From NCBI GenBank assembly GCA_043806015.1, contig JAZDHH010000007.1:51698-115697 (forward strand): a stretch of DNA of 64,000 bases, written 5' to 3'. Below, one piece after another: positions 27,262 through 37,535 of this stretch. Each line of letters starts with the position of its first letter. Position 1 is the first letter of the stretch. The stretch comes from Nanobdellota archaeon. GTDB lineage: Archaea > Nanobdellota > Nanobdellia > Woesearchaeales > JAHIVG01. Position numbers and translations under genes: made by a program. A model generated the notes under the pieces. That model had not been told where the DNA came from, did not search any database, and saw only the letters and a list, made by a program, of their open reading frames with translations.

Positions 27262-28952
27262 GTCTTCGCCTCGCTGAGCACGGTCTTGCTCTCCTTGCGC
27301 TTGGCCTGGATGTCGTCCATCTCCTCCTCGAAGTGCCGGGTCAGCTCCTCGTCGACGATCTTCTCGGAATAGGTCACCAGCGTGTCGATGGTGTGGATGC
27401 CCAGGACCGTCGCCGCGAGAGGCTCGCCGACGATGTAGCCACGCTGGAAGAGCGTGTCGATCACCTGCGCCCTCGTCGCCTTGGTGCCTAGGTTGCGTTT
27501 CTCCAATTCGCGGATGATCGATGCCGGCGTGTAGCGCTTTGGCGGCTGCGTCTCCTTGGAGAGCAGGTTGAGCTCATTGGCCTTGACGCTGTCGCCTTGC
27601 TTGACCTGAGGCAGCTCGGTCTCTTTGAAAGGGGTATAGGGGTCATAGTAGGCGTGCCAGCCGCGCTCGATCGTCCTGGTTCCCTGCGCGACGAAGTTCT
27701 CGCCGTTCACCGCGATGGTGAGGTTCATGGTCTCGCGGAGCGCGGGCTCGCCGAAGGTCGCCAGGAAGCGCTTGACGATGAGGTCATAGAGTCGGGCGGC
27801 CCTGCCGTCGCTGCTCGGCACGATGCCGGTCGGGTAGATCGCCGGGTGCGCAGGATCCACCTTGGAGCCGTTGCGCGGCTGCAGCTTCTTCTTGAGGAGC
27901 TCTGCGCACTGCTTGGCATACGCTTCCTGCTTCTGCAGCGCGCCGAGGATCTTCGCGTAGCCGATCTCTGGCGGCAATTGCTGGGATGATGTCCTAGGAT
28001 AGGAGATGAACCCTCCGATGTAGAGCTCCTGCGCGAGCTCGAGGGTCGCCTTGGGCTGGATGTGGAGCGCGCGGAAGGCCTCGGTCTGCAGGGTGGTGAG
28101 GTCGAAGGGGTGCGGCGGCGGCTGCTGGAACTCGTTCTTGTCGATCCTGGCGATGGCGCCATCATGGCCTTTCGCCTTGGCGTGCGCGGCTTTCGCCTCG
28201 CTCTGGTCCCAGAACTTGTCCTTCTCATGCAGCGCGGTGATGCCGCCTTCCTTGACCTGTCCTTTGAGCTCGACCTGCCAGAACGGCTTCGGCACAAAGG
28301 CTTTGATCTCCTTCTCGCGGTCGACCACGATCTTGAGGGTCGGCCCCTGCACGCGGCCGATGCTGAGCACCTTGAAGCTGCCTGCGGCCTTCACCGAATG
28401 GGTCAGGGCCCTGCTGAGGTTGATGCCGTAATAGTAATCGAGGAAATGCCGGGTCTCACCTGCGAGGGCTAACCCCACATCGAAGGTCGGGAGCTTGTGC
28501 TCGTAGCTGTAGACCAGGTCGGGCTTTGTCAGCGTGGAGAACTTCATGCGCTTCGCTGTCTTCTGCTTGCAGGCGAGCCTCACCACGTTGACGCCGATGA
28601 CCTCGCCCTCCACATCGTAATCTGTCGCGATGGTGAACTCGTCAGCGTCCTTGCTGAGCTTCTTGATGACATTGAGGTATTTCTTGGTGTACGCCGAATG
28701 CTTGTCTATCTCCGATGTCGGCTTCCACTCGATGTCGAAGACAGGATAGGTCCAGCCTGCCTTCTTCTTCTCGTCCAGGCTGTAGAGGTGGCCGACTGCG
28801 CAGCTGACAACGATGTCGCGCTTACCATGGGAGATGTCGTAATAGGGCACGCCGCCCTCCATCTTCTTGACCGGCTTGCCGTCGGCAAGGGCTTCCGCTA
28901 TCTTCTTCGCCGCCTGCGGCTTTTCGGTGATGATAAGCTCGTACATGCCCAA
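27255..28952 (-). CDS. topA: DNA topoisomerase I (type IA) catalytic core (TOPRIM + toroid)
   Basis: TOPRIM N-terminus MYELIITEKPQAAKKIAEAL. The active-site region GFISYPRTSSQQL carries the catalytic Tyr context. Length 565 aa, ending before the zinc ribbons. Confidence 0.9.
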   Translation of the reverse strand: MGMYELIITEKPQAAKKIAEALADGKPVKKMEGGVPYYDISHGKRDIVVSCAVGHLYSLDEKKKAGWTYPVFDIEWKPTSEIDKHSAYTKKYLNVIKKLSKDADEFTIATDYDVEGEVIGVNVVRLACKQKTAKRMKFSTLTKPDLVYSYEHKLPTFDVGLALAGETRHFLDYYYGINLSRALTHSVKAAGSFKVLSIGRVQGPTLKIVVDREKEIKAFVPKPFWQVELKGQVKEGGITALHEKDKFWDQSEAKAAHAKAKGHDGAIARIDKNEFQQPPPHPFDLTTLQTEAFRALHIQPKATLELAQELYIGGFISYPRTSSQQLPPEIGYAKILGALQKQEAYAKQCAELLKKKLQPRNGSKVDPAHPAIYPTGIVPSSDGRAARLYDLIVKRFLATFGEPALRETMNLTIAVNGENFVAQGTRTIERGWHAYYDPYTPFKETELPQVKQGDSVKANELNLLSKETQPPKRYTPASIIRELEKRNLGTKATRAQVIDTLFQRGYIVGEPLAATVLGIHTIDTLVTYSEKIVDEELTRHFEEEMDDIQAKRKESKTVLSEAKTC

Positions 28953-29066
28953 GAGAAGAATCGGTCGTCTTTAAAAAAGTTTGGTGCGGTCTTCCGGAAA
29001 ACGGTTTTAAGGGCGTTATTGACGCTAAGGGAAAACGTTTTATTCCACCTCACCTTCCCGAAGGGG

Positions 29067-29969
29067 ATGGATTCAGCTTTCCGGGACGCGATCCGCGGCC
29101 TTTCTGCGCTTAAGGAGGAGCCGATCGAGTGCAAGGCAGAGGAAGGCTGCCGGCCGCTCGCATTCGCGCCAGAGCGCTTCAAGGCGATTTCCCCGGCCAA
29201 GGGCCGCATCCTCTTCCTGGACGGCGGCTCCCAGGAGATCCTTGCTACCCCCGCGTTCACCATCTGCTCGGTCCGCGTCGCCTGGGCGCTGTTCGACGGC
29301 AAGAAAAAAGTCGCCCATGAGAAAAAGGATTACCAGCTCCTCATGGCCGAGGAGCCGCGACTTTTTCCGCCTGAGGCGGCCTTTCCCAAGGACTTCTCGC
29401 TGGACGAATGCCGGAGGCGGTTGGAGCTGCAGGCCGCAATCGCGTCTGTCACGTTGCTTAGGCAGGGGGATGTGCTCTGCCTCGACGGCTCCCTTGTGCC
29501 GAAGGCAGAAAAAAGGCTGATGGCCGAGCTTGCCGGCAGCTGCCAGGACAGGGGGATCGCCCTTCTCGGTTTCTGCAAGAGCTCAGGCCTTCTGACTGCG
29601 AACGGGAATCCGTTCGGCTTTGCCCTTGACGCGAAAGCCCCTGCCCGGGCCTGGCAGTATTTCCCCTGCCAGGACTTCCCGCTCGGCCAAAGCATTGTCG
29701 GCACAGGCTTCGCCAAGTTCCACCCTAAGGCAAAGCCGTTCCGCTTTGACACCTCAAGCCCTGAATGCATCAGCCTCATAGCCAGCCATTGCAATGATCC
29801 TGCCTTTTTGGGCTACCCGTACGGCCTTGTGGACGCCGACCGCCACGCCAGGATAAGCTTCAAGGAGGCGGAGCAGCAGCGCCTTCTGCTTCGGCTGCGG
29901 CTGCCAGAACTCCGGGCGCTGGCCAAGGACGCCCATCAAGGCCTTGACAGCCTTAATAAGCCGCGGTAG
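29067..29969 (+). CDS. nurA: NurA-family 5'-3' nuclease
   Basis: N-terminal motif ILFLDGGSQEI (D-G-S). C-terminal motif GYPYGLVDADRHARISFKEAE (the NurA GYPY..AD..AR.S..E signature). The track ORF (28497..) carries about 190 spurious codons antisense to topA. ATG confirmed at 29067. Confidence 0.7.
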   Translation: MDSAFRDAIRGLSALKEEPIECKAEEGCRPLAFAPERFKAISPAKGRILFLDGGSQEILATPAFTICSVRVAWALFDGKKKVAHEKKDYQLLMAEEPRLFPPEAAFPKDFSLDECRRRLELQAAIASVTLLRQGDVLCLDGSLVPKAEKRLMAELAGSCQDRGIALLGFCKSSGLLTANGNPFGFALDAKAPARAWQYFPCQDFPLGQSIVGTGFAKFHPKAKPFRFDTSSPECISLIASHCNDPAFLGYPYGLVDADRHARISFKEAEQQRLLLRLRLPELRALAKDAHQGLDSLNKPR

Positions 29970-30054
29970 CTACGTTCGGGTAGACAAACAAAAAATTTAT
30001 ATAGAATGAAGCCAATCTCGCCGATATCCTAGTCAAAGGGCGGAGGTTATCCCC

Positions 30055-30468
30055 ATGGGAATCTTTTCAAAAATGAAGAAGGCGTTTTCAGGAGAGGATG
30101 AGGAGCGCGTTGACGCTGATGAGGAAGAGGAGTATGTCGAGCTGGACACCGGCGCGACAGAGATCAAGGGGAAGGTCATCGTCCGCCCGTACGTTGTCGA
30201 GGATTTCTCGGATGTCAAGGAGGTCCTTGATGTTATCAGGGAAGGCCACACCATCGCGCTCGTGAACATCAAGCCGATCAAGGACAAGGACATGATCGAG
30301 CTGAAGCGCGTCATCAACAAGCTCAAGAAGACCACGGACGCCTGCGATGGCGACATCGCCGGCTTCGGCGACGACTACATCGTTGTTACCCCGAGCTTCG
30401 CCACGATCCACCGGAACAAGCAGACCGAGACGATCAAGACTGATCCAGGGGCTGACGAGGACAAGTAG
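30055..30468 (+). CDS. sepF: cell-division protein SepF-like (DUF552)
   Basis: The C-terminal domain KVIVRPYVVEDFSDVKEVLDVIREGHTIALVNIKPIKDKDMIELKRVINKLKKTTDACDGDIAGFGDDYIVVTPS matches the SepF core. Confidence 0.65.
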   Translation: MGIFSKMKKAFSGEDEERVDADEEEEYVELDTGATEIKGKVIVRPYVVEDFSDVKEVLDVIREGHTIALVNIKPIKDKDMIELKRVINKLKKTTDACDGDIAGFGDDYIVVTPSFATIHRNKQTETIKTDPGADEDK

Positions 30469-30537
30469 GCTTCAAGTCCGTTTTTCCCTTTTTTGCAAAG
30501 GTTTATCTACTCCTGCTAGTTATCCCTTTTTTTTAGT

Positions 30538-31605
30538 ATGCGCGGCACTCTTGTCCTCGAGGATGGTTCTGTCTTCGAAGGTGTCTCCTTTGGCTATGGT
30601 TCCTCCACCGCGGGCGAGGTCGTCTTCTCCACGGCTATGGTCGGCTATCCACAAAGCCTGACCGACCCCAGCTACTGCGGCCAGATACTGTGCATGACCT
30701 ACCCGCTCATCGGCAACTACGGCATCCCAGGCAAGGAGCGCGAGCACGGCCTGCTCAAGCACTTCGAGTCTGAAAGGATCCATGTCCAAGGCCTCATCGT
30801 CTCTGAGCATTGTAGCATCCCGAGCCATCATGACGCAGAAAAGACTTTGGCGGATTGGCTCAAGGAAGAGAAGATCCCTGCCCTCAGCGGCATCGACACC
30901 CGCGCCCTGACGCAGAAGATTCGCGAGCGCGGCGTCATGCTCGGGAAGATCGTCATCGGCGATGACCCTCCATTTTACGACCCCGACAAGGAGAACCTGG
31001 TCGCCAAGGTCTCCAGAACGGATATCCTGAACCTCGGCGAAGGCGGCAAGCGCATAGTGCTGGTGGACTGCGGCGCCAAGCACAGCATCATCCGCTGCCT
31101 GCTGCGGCGCGATGCCTCGCTCACTGTCGTCCCTTGGGACTTCGATTTCAACACCCTTGACTACGACGGCCTCATGGTCTCCAACGGCCCTGGCGACCCG
31201 ACGCATTGCCAGGCGACCATCGCGAACCTGAGGAAGGCGATGGCTGCCGAGAATCCGAGGCCGATCTTCGGCATCTGCATGGGCAACCAGCTGCTCGCCC
31301 TCGCGGCCGGCGCGAAGACCTACAAGCTCAAGTACGGGCATCGCAGCCACAACCAGCCGGTCATTCAAGGCGGCAGGGCTTTTGTCACGACGCAGAACCA
31401 TGGCTTTGCGGTGGACGCCAAGACCCTTCCGCAGGCCTGGGAGGAGTTATTCGTGAACAACAACGACGGCACGAACGAAGGCATCCGCCACAAGGAGCTG
31501 CCCTTCTTCAGCGCCCAGTTCCATCCCGAGGCGAACGCCGGGCCGAGGGACACCGAGTTCTTGTTCGATCAGTTCCTCGCCCTGGTGCGGAGGCGACCAT
31601 CATGA
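30538..31605 (+). CDS. carA: carbamoyl-phosphate synthase small (glutaminase) subunit
   Basis: N-terminal CPSase small-chain domain (LVLEDGSVFEGVSFG). GATase catalytic triad region (GICMGNQLLALAAGAKTYKLKYGHRSHNQPV). Overlaps carB by 4 nt (ATGA). Confidence 0.9.
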   Translation: MRGTLVLEDGSVFEGVSFGYGSSTAGEVVFSTAMVGYPQSLTDPSYCGQILCMTYPLIGNYGIPGKEREHGLLKHFESERIHVQGLIVSEHCSIPSHHDAEKTLADWLKEEKIPALSGIDTRALTQKIRERGVMLGKIVIGDDPPFYDPDKENLVAKVSRTDILNLGEGGKRIVLVDCGAKHSIIRCLLRRDASLTVVPWDFDFNTLDYDGLMVSNGPGDPTHCQATIANLRKAMAAENPRPIFGICMGNQLLALAAGAKTYKLKYGHRSHNQPVIQGGRAFVTTQNHGFAVDAKTLPQAWEELFVNNNDGTNEGIRHKELPFFSAQFHPEANAGPRDTEFLFDQFLALVRRRPS

Positions 31606-34600
31606 AGGTGCTTATCCTCGGCTCTGGAGGCTTGACCATCGGCCAGGCAGGAGAGTTCGATTACTCCGGAAGCCAAGCGATCAAGGCGCTGAAGCAGGAA
31701 GGCATAACCACCGTATTGGTCAATCCCAACATCGCGACCATCCAGACGTCGAAAGGCTTCGCTGACGAGGTCTACTTCCTGCCGATCACCAAGGATTTTG
31801 TCGAGCAGGTGATCGAGAAAGAGAAGCCTGATGGCATCCTGCTCAGCTTCGGCGGGCAGGCCGCGCTGAACTGCGGCATCGCGCTGCACCAAGCGGGGGT
31901 CCTCGACAGGCATCGCGTAAAAGTGCTCGGCACTCCTGTTGAAGCGATCATCGCGACAGAGGACCGGGGCATCTTCGCCGAGCGTCTCGCAGGCATCGGC
32001 GTCACCACAGCGCGCAGCACCGCGGTCACCTCGCTGGTTGAGGCGGCCCATGCCGCGAAAAAGATAGGCTTTCCAATTATTATCCGCGCCGCCTACGCTT
32101 TAGGCGGCCTCGGCTCCGGCTTCTGCGAGGACGAGACGCAGCTTATGGAACGGGCAGAACAAGCCCTTGCTGTCTCCCCCCAAGTCCTGGTGGAGGAGAG
32201 CGTCAAGGGCTGGAAAGAGGTCGAGTACGAGGTCATGCGCGATCGCTTCGACAACTGCATCACCATCTGCAACATGGAGAACCTCGATCCCATGGGCATC
32301 CACACCGGCGAGTCCATCGTCGTCGCTCCATCGCAGACCCTCTCAGACCAGGAATACCAGCTGCTCAGGGACATCTCCTTGAAGGTCGTGCGGCACTTCG
32401 GCATTGTCGGGGAATGCAACATCCAGTTCGCCCTGCATCCCGAGACTGGCGATTACCGCGTCATCGAGGTCAACGCGCGACTTTCCCGGAGCAGCGCCCT
32501 CGCCTCCAAGGCGACAGGCTATCCCATCGCGTTCATCGCCGCCGAGCTATCCCTAGGAAAGGGCCTACCTGAGCTGCCGAATCCTGTGACAGGGAAAACA
32601 AAGGCCTTGTTCGAGCCGGCGCTCGACTACCTGGTCGTGAAGTTCCCGCGCTGGGACGCGGACAAGTTCAAGCGCCTCAAGCGCGAGATCGGCAGCTCCA
32701 TGAAGAGCGTGGGCGAGGTCATGGCCATCGGCCGTTCCTTCGAGGAGGCCATCCAGAAGGCCATCCGCATGACGCATCCCAGCCTCATCGGCCTTACCGG
32801 CAACGACATCCCCTTCGGTGATATCGACCAGGAGCTGGTGCACCCGACTGAGCGCAGGATTTTCGCGATAGCCAAGGCCCTTGCGGATGGGCGCTCCACA
32901 GAGGACATCGCCGCGAAGACCGCCATCGATCCCTGGTTCATCGAGAAGCTCCGCAACATCGTCGTCATGGACTTCCGCCTCAAGACAGGCATCGACAATG
33001 ATATCTTCCGGGAGGCGAAATGCCTGGGTTTCTCTGACCGGCAGGTCGCAGCTATCATCGGCAAGAGCGAGGCAGAAGTTAGGGGCATGCGCCTCGCGGC
33101 CGGAATCATCCCGGTCGTCAAGCAGATCGACACCCTCGCCGCTGAGTACCCTGCGCAGACGAATTACCTGTATCTCACCTACCACGGCGAGAAGAACGAC
33201 CTTGAAGTCAAGGACAAGGGCATCATCGTGCTCGGCTCCGGGCCGTACAGCATCGGCTCCAGCGTGGAGTTCGACTGGTGCTCGGTATCCTGTATCAAGG
33301 CCGTGAGGGCCAAGGGCATTCCTGCTGTGGTGATAAACTGCAATCCAGAGACCGTCTCCACAGACTATGACACCTCGGACCGCCTGTATTTCGAGGAGCT
33401 CACCTTCGAGCGCGTCCTCGACATCGCGGACATCGAAAAGCCTGAAGGAGTCATTGTCTCTATGGGCGGCCAGATCCCGAACAGCCTCGCGCTCAGGCTC
33501 CATAACGCCGGCATCAGAATCCTCGGCACTGAGCCGCGCATCATCGACCAGGTCGAGGACAGGCACAAATTCTCAAGAATCCTCGACAGCCTCGGCATCG
33601 CCCAGCCGCCCTGGAAGGAGGCATCCTCGCCGAGGGACATCAAGGCCTTCTGCGCCTCTGTCGGATTCCCGGTGCTGGTCCGGCCCTCATACGTTCTGAG
33701 CGGCTCGGCCATGAACGTCGCCTATGATGAAGCAGGCCTGTTCGCCTTCCTGAAGGAAGCGTCGCGTGTCTCCAAGGAGCATCCCGTTGTGGTCACCAAA
33801 TTCATCGAGAACGCCAAGGAGATCGACGTGGACTGCGTTGCCCAGGACGGCGAGGTCAAAGTCTATGCCATCTCCGAGCATATCGAGAACGCCGGCGTGC
33901 ATTCCGGCGACGCTACACTCGTCACGCCGCCGCAGAAGCTCTACCTCGAGACCATGAGCCGCATCAAGCGGAGCATGCGCCGCGTCATCAGCGAGCTCAA
34001 GGTGACTGGCCCGGTGAACTTCCAGTTCATGGCCAAGGATAACAATATCATGATTATCGAATGCAACCTCCGCGCTTCCCGGTCCTTCCCGTTCGTCTCG
34101 AAGGTGTACGACATCGATTTCATCGAGCTCGCTACCCGGGCGATCCTCGGCGAGCCGGTCGAAAAGATCTCGTCGAACGCCTTCGACCTGGACTATGTCG
34201 GCGTCAAGGCGCCGCAGTTCAGCTTCACAAGGCTGCACGGCGCCGATCCGGTCCTCGGCGTGGAGATGGCCTCCACCGGGGAGGTCGCCTGCCTGGGCGA
34301 CGATGTCCGCGAGGCCTTCCTGAAGGCGCTGCTGGCGACCGGCTTTTCCCTGCCGAAGCGGTCTGTCCTTCTGTCCACCGGCACGGTGCTGGAGAAATCC
34401 AAGCTGCTCGACGCCGTGCGCCGCCTGAAGGAACTCGGCTTCACCCTCTACGCCACGCCCGGCACCGCATCCTTCTATCGCACGGCCGGCGTCGAGGTCG
34501 ACGTCCTGCACTGGCCGCTCGAGGACGCGAAGCCCAACGTGCTTGATTACCTGCGCAGCAGGCGCATCGACCTGGTCATCAACATCCCCAAGAGCAACGA

Positions 34601-34757
34601 GCAGCACGAGCTCTCTAATGATTACATCATCCGGCGCACCGCGGCCGACTTCTCGGTGCCGCTCCTGACCAATGTCCAGGTCGCCACTCTGTTCGTGGAC
34701 TCGCTCGGCCAGCCACTCGCGGCGAAGAGCTGGAACGAATACCTTCGAAAGGGATGA
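31602..34757 (+). CDS. carB: carbamoyl-phosphate synthase large subunit
   Basis: MKVLILGSGGLTIGQAGEFDYSGSQA... Duplicated ATP-grasp halves and a C-terminal MGS-like domain. The track ORF begins 132 codons early, in-frame inside carA. ATG at 31602. Confidence 0.9.
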   Translation: MKVLILGSGGLTIGQAGEFDYSGSQAIKALKQEGITTVLVNPNIATIQTSKGFADEVYFLPITKDFVEQVIEKEKPDGILLSFGGQAALNCGIALHQAGVLDRHRVKVLGTPVEAIIATEDRGIFAERLAGIGVTTARSTAVTSLVEAAHAAKKIGFPIIIRAAYALGGLGSGFCEDETQLMERAEQALAVSPQVLVEESVKGWKEVEYEVMRDRFDNCITICNMENLDPMGIHTGESIVVAPSQTLSDQEYQLLRDISLKVVRHFGIVGECNIQFALHPETGDYRVIEVNARLSRSSALASKATGYPIAFIAAELSLGKGLPELPNPVTGKTKALFEPALDYLVVKFPRWDADKFKRLKREIGSSMKSVGEVMAIGRSFEEAIQKAIRMTHPSLIGLTGNDIPFGDIDQELVHPTERRIFAIAKALADGRSTEDIAAKTAIDPWFIEKLRNIVVMDFRLKTGIDNDIFREAKCLGFSDRQVAAIIGKSEAEVRGMRLAAGIIPVVKQIDTLAAEYPAQTNYLYLTYHGEKNDLEVKDKGIIVLGSGPYSIGSSVEFDWCSVSCIKAVRAKGIPAVVINCNPETVSTDYDTSDRLYFEELTFERVLDIADIEKPEGVIVSMGGQIPNSLALRLHNAGIRILGTEPRIIDQVEDRHKFSRILDSLGIAQPPWKEASSPRDIKAFCASVGFPVLVRPSYVLSGSAMNVAYDEAGLFAFLKEASRVSKEHPVVVTKFIENAKEIDVDCVAQDGEVKVYAISEHIENAGVHSGDATLVTPPQKLYLETMSRIKRSMRRVISELKVTGPVNFQFMAKDNNIMIIECNLRASRSFPFVSKVYDIDFIELATRAILGEPVEKISSNAFDLDYVGVKAPQFSFTRLHGADPVLGVEMASTGEVACLGDDVREAFLKALLATGFSLPKRSVLLSTGTVLEKSKLLDAVRRLKELGFTLYATPGTASFYRTAGVEVDVLHWPLEDAKPNVLDYLRSRRIDLVINIPKSNEQHELSNDYIIRRTAADFSVPLLTNVQVATLFVDSLGQPLAAKSWNEYLRKG

Positions 34758-34945
34758 CGGAGGAGCGCAGGAACATGATTCGTGAAGAAGAATGTCTGTA
34801 AAGAATTTCTCGACGAGAGTCTCGACGGAAAAGAGGATGGAGAATTAATCGGGACTTGATGCTCTCGCCTTTTTATATTTTGTGGAACTGCAAAATATTA
34901 TTGTGCTGCGCAACCACAAACAATAAAAATGGAATTTGACCTGTT

Positions 34946-35506
34946 TTGTCCATGCAAGTTCAGGAAGAAAAGCCATCGACGGAGCAGCCTGTGTTGCTCG
35001 CGAAGCAGCGCTGCCCCTTCTGCAAGGCTGATACCATGGTCCTCACCGAGGTGGAGAGGGACATCCCCTACTTCGGCCGGACGTACCTGTTCTCCATGTC
35101 CTGCGATACCTGCAAGTACCACAAGGCGGATCTCGAGGCGATCGAGAAGAAGGAACCTTCCCGCTACACCGTCGAGGTCACCACGGAGGAGGACATGAAG
35201 ATCCGCATCGTGCGGAGCAGCGAGGCCACCATCAAGATACCCCATGTCATTACCATCACGCCCGGCCCCGCGGCGAACGGCTACGTCACCAACGTGGAAG
35301 GCATCCTCAACAGGGTCAAGCACCAGATCGAGGTCGCACGGGACAGCGAGGACGATGACGATGAGGCCAAGAAGAAGGCGAAGAGCCTCCTCAAGAAGCT
35401 GAACCGCGTCGTCTGGGGGCAGGAGAAGCTCAAGCTCATCATCGAGGACCCGACCGGCAATTCCGCGATCATCTCTGAGAAGGCCGTGAAGGAGAAGCTG
35501 AAGTAA
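34946..35506 (+). CDS. ZPR1-type zinc-finger domain protein
   Basis: CPFCKADTMV..(x24)..MSCDTCKYH is a ZPR1 C4 finger, followed by the ZPR1 beta-domain (YTVEVTTEEDMKIRIVRSSEATIKIPHV). Confidence 0.65.
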   Translation: MSMQVQEEKPSTEQPVLLAKQRCPFCKADTMVLTEVERDIPYFGRTYLFSMSCDTCKYHKADLEAIEKKEPSRYTVEVTTEEDMKIRIVRSSEATIKIPHVITITPGPAANGYVTNVEGILNRVKHQIEVARDSEDDDDEAKKKAKSLLKKLNRVVWGQEKLKLIIEDPTGNSAIISEKAVKEKLK

Positions 35507-35538
35507 CATTTTTATAGTGCCCTGGCTTCCCGTCGCCT

Positions 35539-37080
35539 ATGCTTGACCATGCGCAACCGGCCATGAAAGGCCTCATCATCTACGGCGACTACGGGAAGAT
35601 CCTCGTGCGCCAGAAGGCCGGCGAGAGGATAGAGCTCGGCGAGATCCTGGTCGCCGAGATGCCGCAGGGCAACATCCTTCTGCAGGTCTACGACCTTGTC
35701 TATGGCTCGCAGCTCTCGCCGCAGCATCTCGAGCTCGTCTCCGGGCTGCAGCTTGAGGAAGGGGATGCGCTCGACCTCATGGAGCCAGAGCTCCGGACGT
35801 ACACCCTCGCGCTGGCGAAGCCCTTGCTGACCCTGCAGGGAAAAAAAGCGGCGCTCTGCAAGACGCTTCCTGATGTCTTCTCGCCGGTGCGGGAGGTCAC
35901 CCAGGCTGATCTCGAATTGCTCATGGCGCCGAAGAGCGCGCTGCGCCTCGGCAAGCTCCGCTCCGGGTCGAGGCTGCTCCCCGTCGATATTACACTGGAC
36001 GGTGAGAAGGTCTTCGCCCATCATGTCCTCATCGCGGGCACGACCGGAAGGGGCAAGAGCGTCCTGGTCTCGAACATCCTCTGGGACACATTGGCGAGCG
36101 AGTATTGCGGCGTCCTTGTCCTCGATCCCCATGACGAGTATTTCGGCAGGGACCGGCCCGGGTTAAAGGACCATCCGCAGAAGGGCAAGGTCGTCTATTA
36201 CACGCCGAAGAACCCGCCGTCAGGCCAACGCACGCTGAAGATCAACCTCACGAGCATACGGCCGCACCATCTCACCGGCGTGGTAGACTTTTCTGACCCG
36301 CAGCGCCAGGCGCTCAGCATGTTTTATCGCGCCTATGGCGCGAAATGGATCGAGGCGGTCATCCTGGAGAAGCCGCTGGACGTGCAGTTCAAGGATGACA
36401 CCCTCGCGGTCGTGCGAAGGCGCATCCGGCAGCTCCTCGACCTAGACCTCGTCGACAACCAGCTCTATTGCCAGAGCGTCTTCGACATCAAGGCGGGGGA
36501 GACCAGCATATTGGACATCTGCAACGAGCTCGAGCAAGGCCATGTCGTCATCATCGACACGTCGAGCTTCGAGGGCTCTGTCGAGCTGCTCATCGGCAGC
36601 CTCATCGCCAACGAGGTCTTCCGGCGCTACCGCGGCTACAAGCTGAAGGGCCAGCTCGTCCTCAAGCCGGTCGTTTCCATCGTTCTGGAGGAAGCTCCCC
36701 GTGTGCTCGGCAAGAGTGTGCTGGAGCGCGGCGGCAACATCTTCTCCACCATCGCGCGCGAAGGAAGGAAGTTCAAGGTCGGCCTGATGGCCATCACCCA
36801 GCTCCCCTCCCTGATCCCGCGCGAGATCCTCGCGAACATGAACACCAAGATCATCCTCGGCATCGAGATGGCGCCCGAGCGGCAGGCCATCATCGAGAGC
36901 GCAGCGCAAGATCTCAGCAACGACAGCCGCGCCATCGCCAGCCTGGACGTCGGCGAGGCCATCGTCACGAGCAACTTCGCCAGGTTCGCGATCCCCATCA
37001 AGGTGCCGCTGTTCGACGACGTTGTGCGGCAGCACTCAAGAGAGACGGTCAAAAAGGATTTTGTCGGTATTGTGAGGTGA
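35539..37080 (+). CDS. herA: HerA-family hexameric DNA helicase (FtsK/HerA ATPase with HAS barrel)
   Basis: N-terminal HAS-barrel-like segment [23 protein letters not shown]. Walker [17 protein letters not shown]. Walker [13 protein letters not shown]. Length 513 aa. Confidence 0.8.
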   Translation: MLDHAQPAMKGLIIYGDYGKILVRQKAGERIELGEILVAEMPQGNILLQVYDLVYGSQLSPQHLELVSGLQLEEGDALDLMEPELRTYTLALAKPLLTLQGKKAALCKTLPDVFSPVREVTQADLELLMAPKSALRLGKLRSGSRLLPVDITLDGEKVFAHHVLIAGTTGRGKSVLVSNILWDTLASEYCGVLVLDPHDEYFGRDRPGLKDHPQKGKVVYYTPKNPPSGQRTLKINLTSIRPHHLTGVVDFSDPQRQALSMFYRAYGAKWIEAVILEKPLDVQFKDDTLAVVRRRIRQLLDLDLVDNQLYCQSVFDIKAGETSILDICNELEQGHVVIIDTSSFEGSVELLIGSLIANEVFRRYRGYKLKGQLVLKPVVSIVLEEAPRVLGKSVLERGGNIFSTIAREGRKFKVGLMAITQLPSLIPREILANMNTKIILGIEMAPERQAIIESAAQDLSNDSRAIASLDVGEAIVTSNFARFAIPIKVPLFDDVVRQHSRETVKKDFVGIVR

Positions 37081-37085
37081 AAGGC

Positions 37086-37535
37086 ATGAAGACAGACCCC
37101 CAAGAAATTTTTCCAAGGGCAATCACTGCAGTAGATGAGATCGCGAGCATCCAAGTGGAAAGAGCCCAAAAGGCGAAACGGGAAAATGATCTCTTCGATT
37201 TCTTGGCATCGACAGTGAAATGGTCAAAAACGTATTTCTCCCAACAAAGTACAATAAACGGGCTTCATGAGACTATTGACATCGTAATGCCCCTCATCCA
37301 ACGGATTAAGGATCGGTTCCTCGTCCATTATTTTGGCAAAATATATCATAAAGCCGATGAATTGCTAGCTTACATGGAAGAAATAAAACACGAGCCTGGG
37401 GAAAACATTATAAGAAAACATGGTGATCTCGATAATGTTAAAAAGAAATTTTCTCACCTTTTTGACGAACTGGAGAGAAGTCTAAGAGATAGAATCCATT
37501 TAGTTGAATCAGAAGAAAGGAAGGAGGCCGCGTGA
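37086..37535 (+). CDS. orphan alpha-helical protein between herA and mre11 (low GC)
   Basis: 149 aa (MKTDPQEIFPRAITAVDEIASIQ...). About 42% GC with AT-rich third positions, in contrast to herA and mre11. In the track it is fused to an Arg-rich alternative frame of herA (36468..37535). Confidence 0.4.
   Translation: MKTDPQEIFPRAITAVDEIASIQVERAQKAKRENDLFDFLASTVKWSKTYFSQQSTINGLHETIDIVMPLIQRIKDRFLVHYFGKIYHKADELLAYMEEIKHEPGENIIRKHGDLDNVKKKFSHLFDELERSLRDRIHLVESEERKEAA

Noticed and set aside
28497-29066. N-terminal 190 codons of the 490-aa ORF containing NurA
   Set aside because: Antisense to the topA core gene and not protein-like. The NurA reading frame starts at the ATG at 29067.
31206-31601. 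N-terminal 132 codons of the 1183-aa carB ORF
   Set aside because: They lie inside carA in a different frame. The genuine carB start is MKVLILGSGG at 31602, overlapping the carA stop.
34880-34919. Inverted repeat ttgtgg..ccacaa downstream of a ttttatattt element upstream of the ZPR1 gene
   Set aside because: A short 6-bp imperfect palindrome near a promoter, too weak to call a specific operator.
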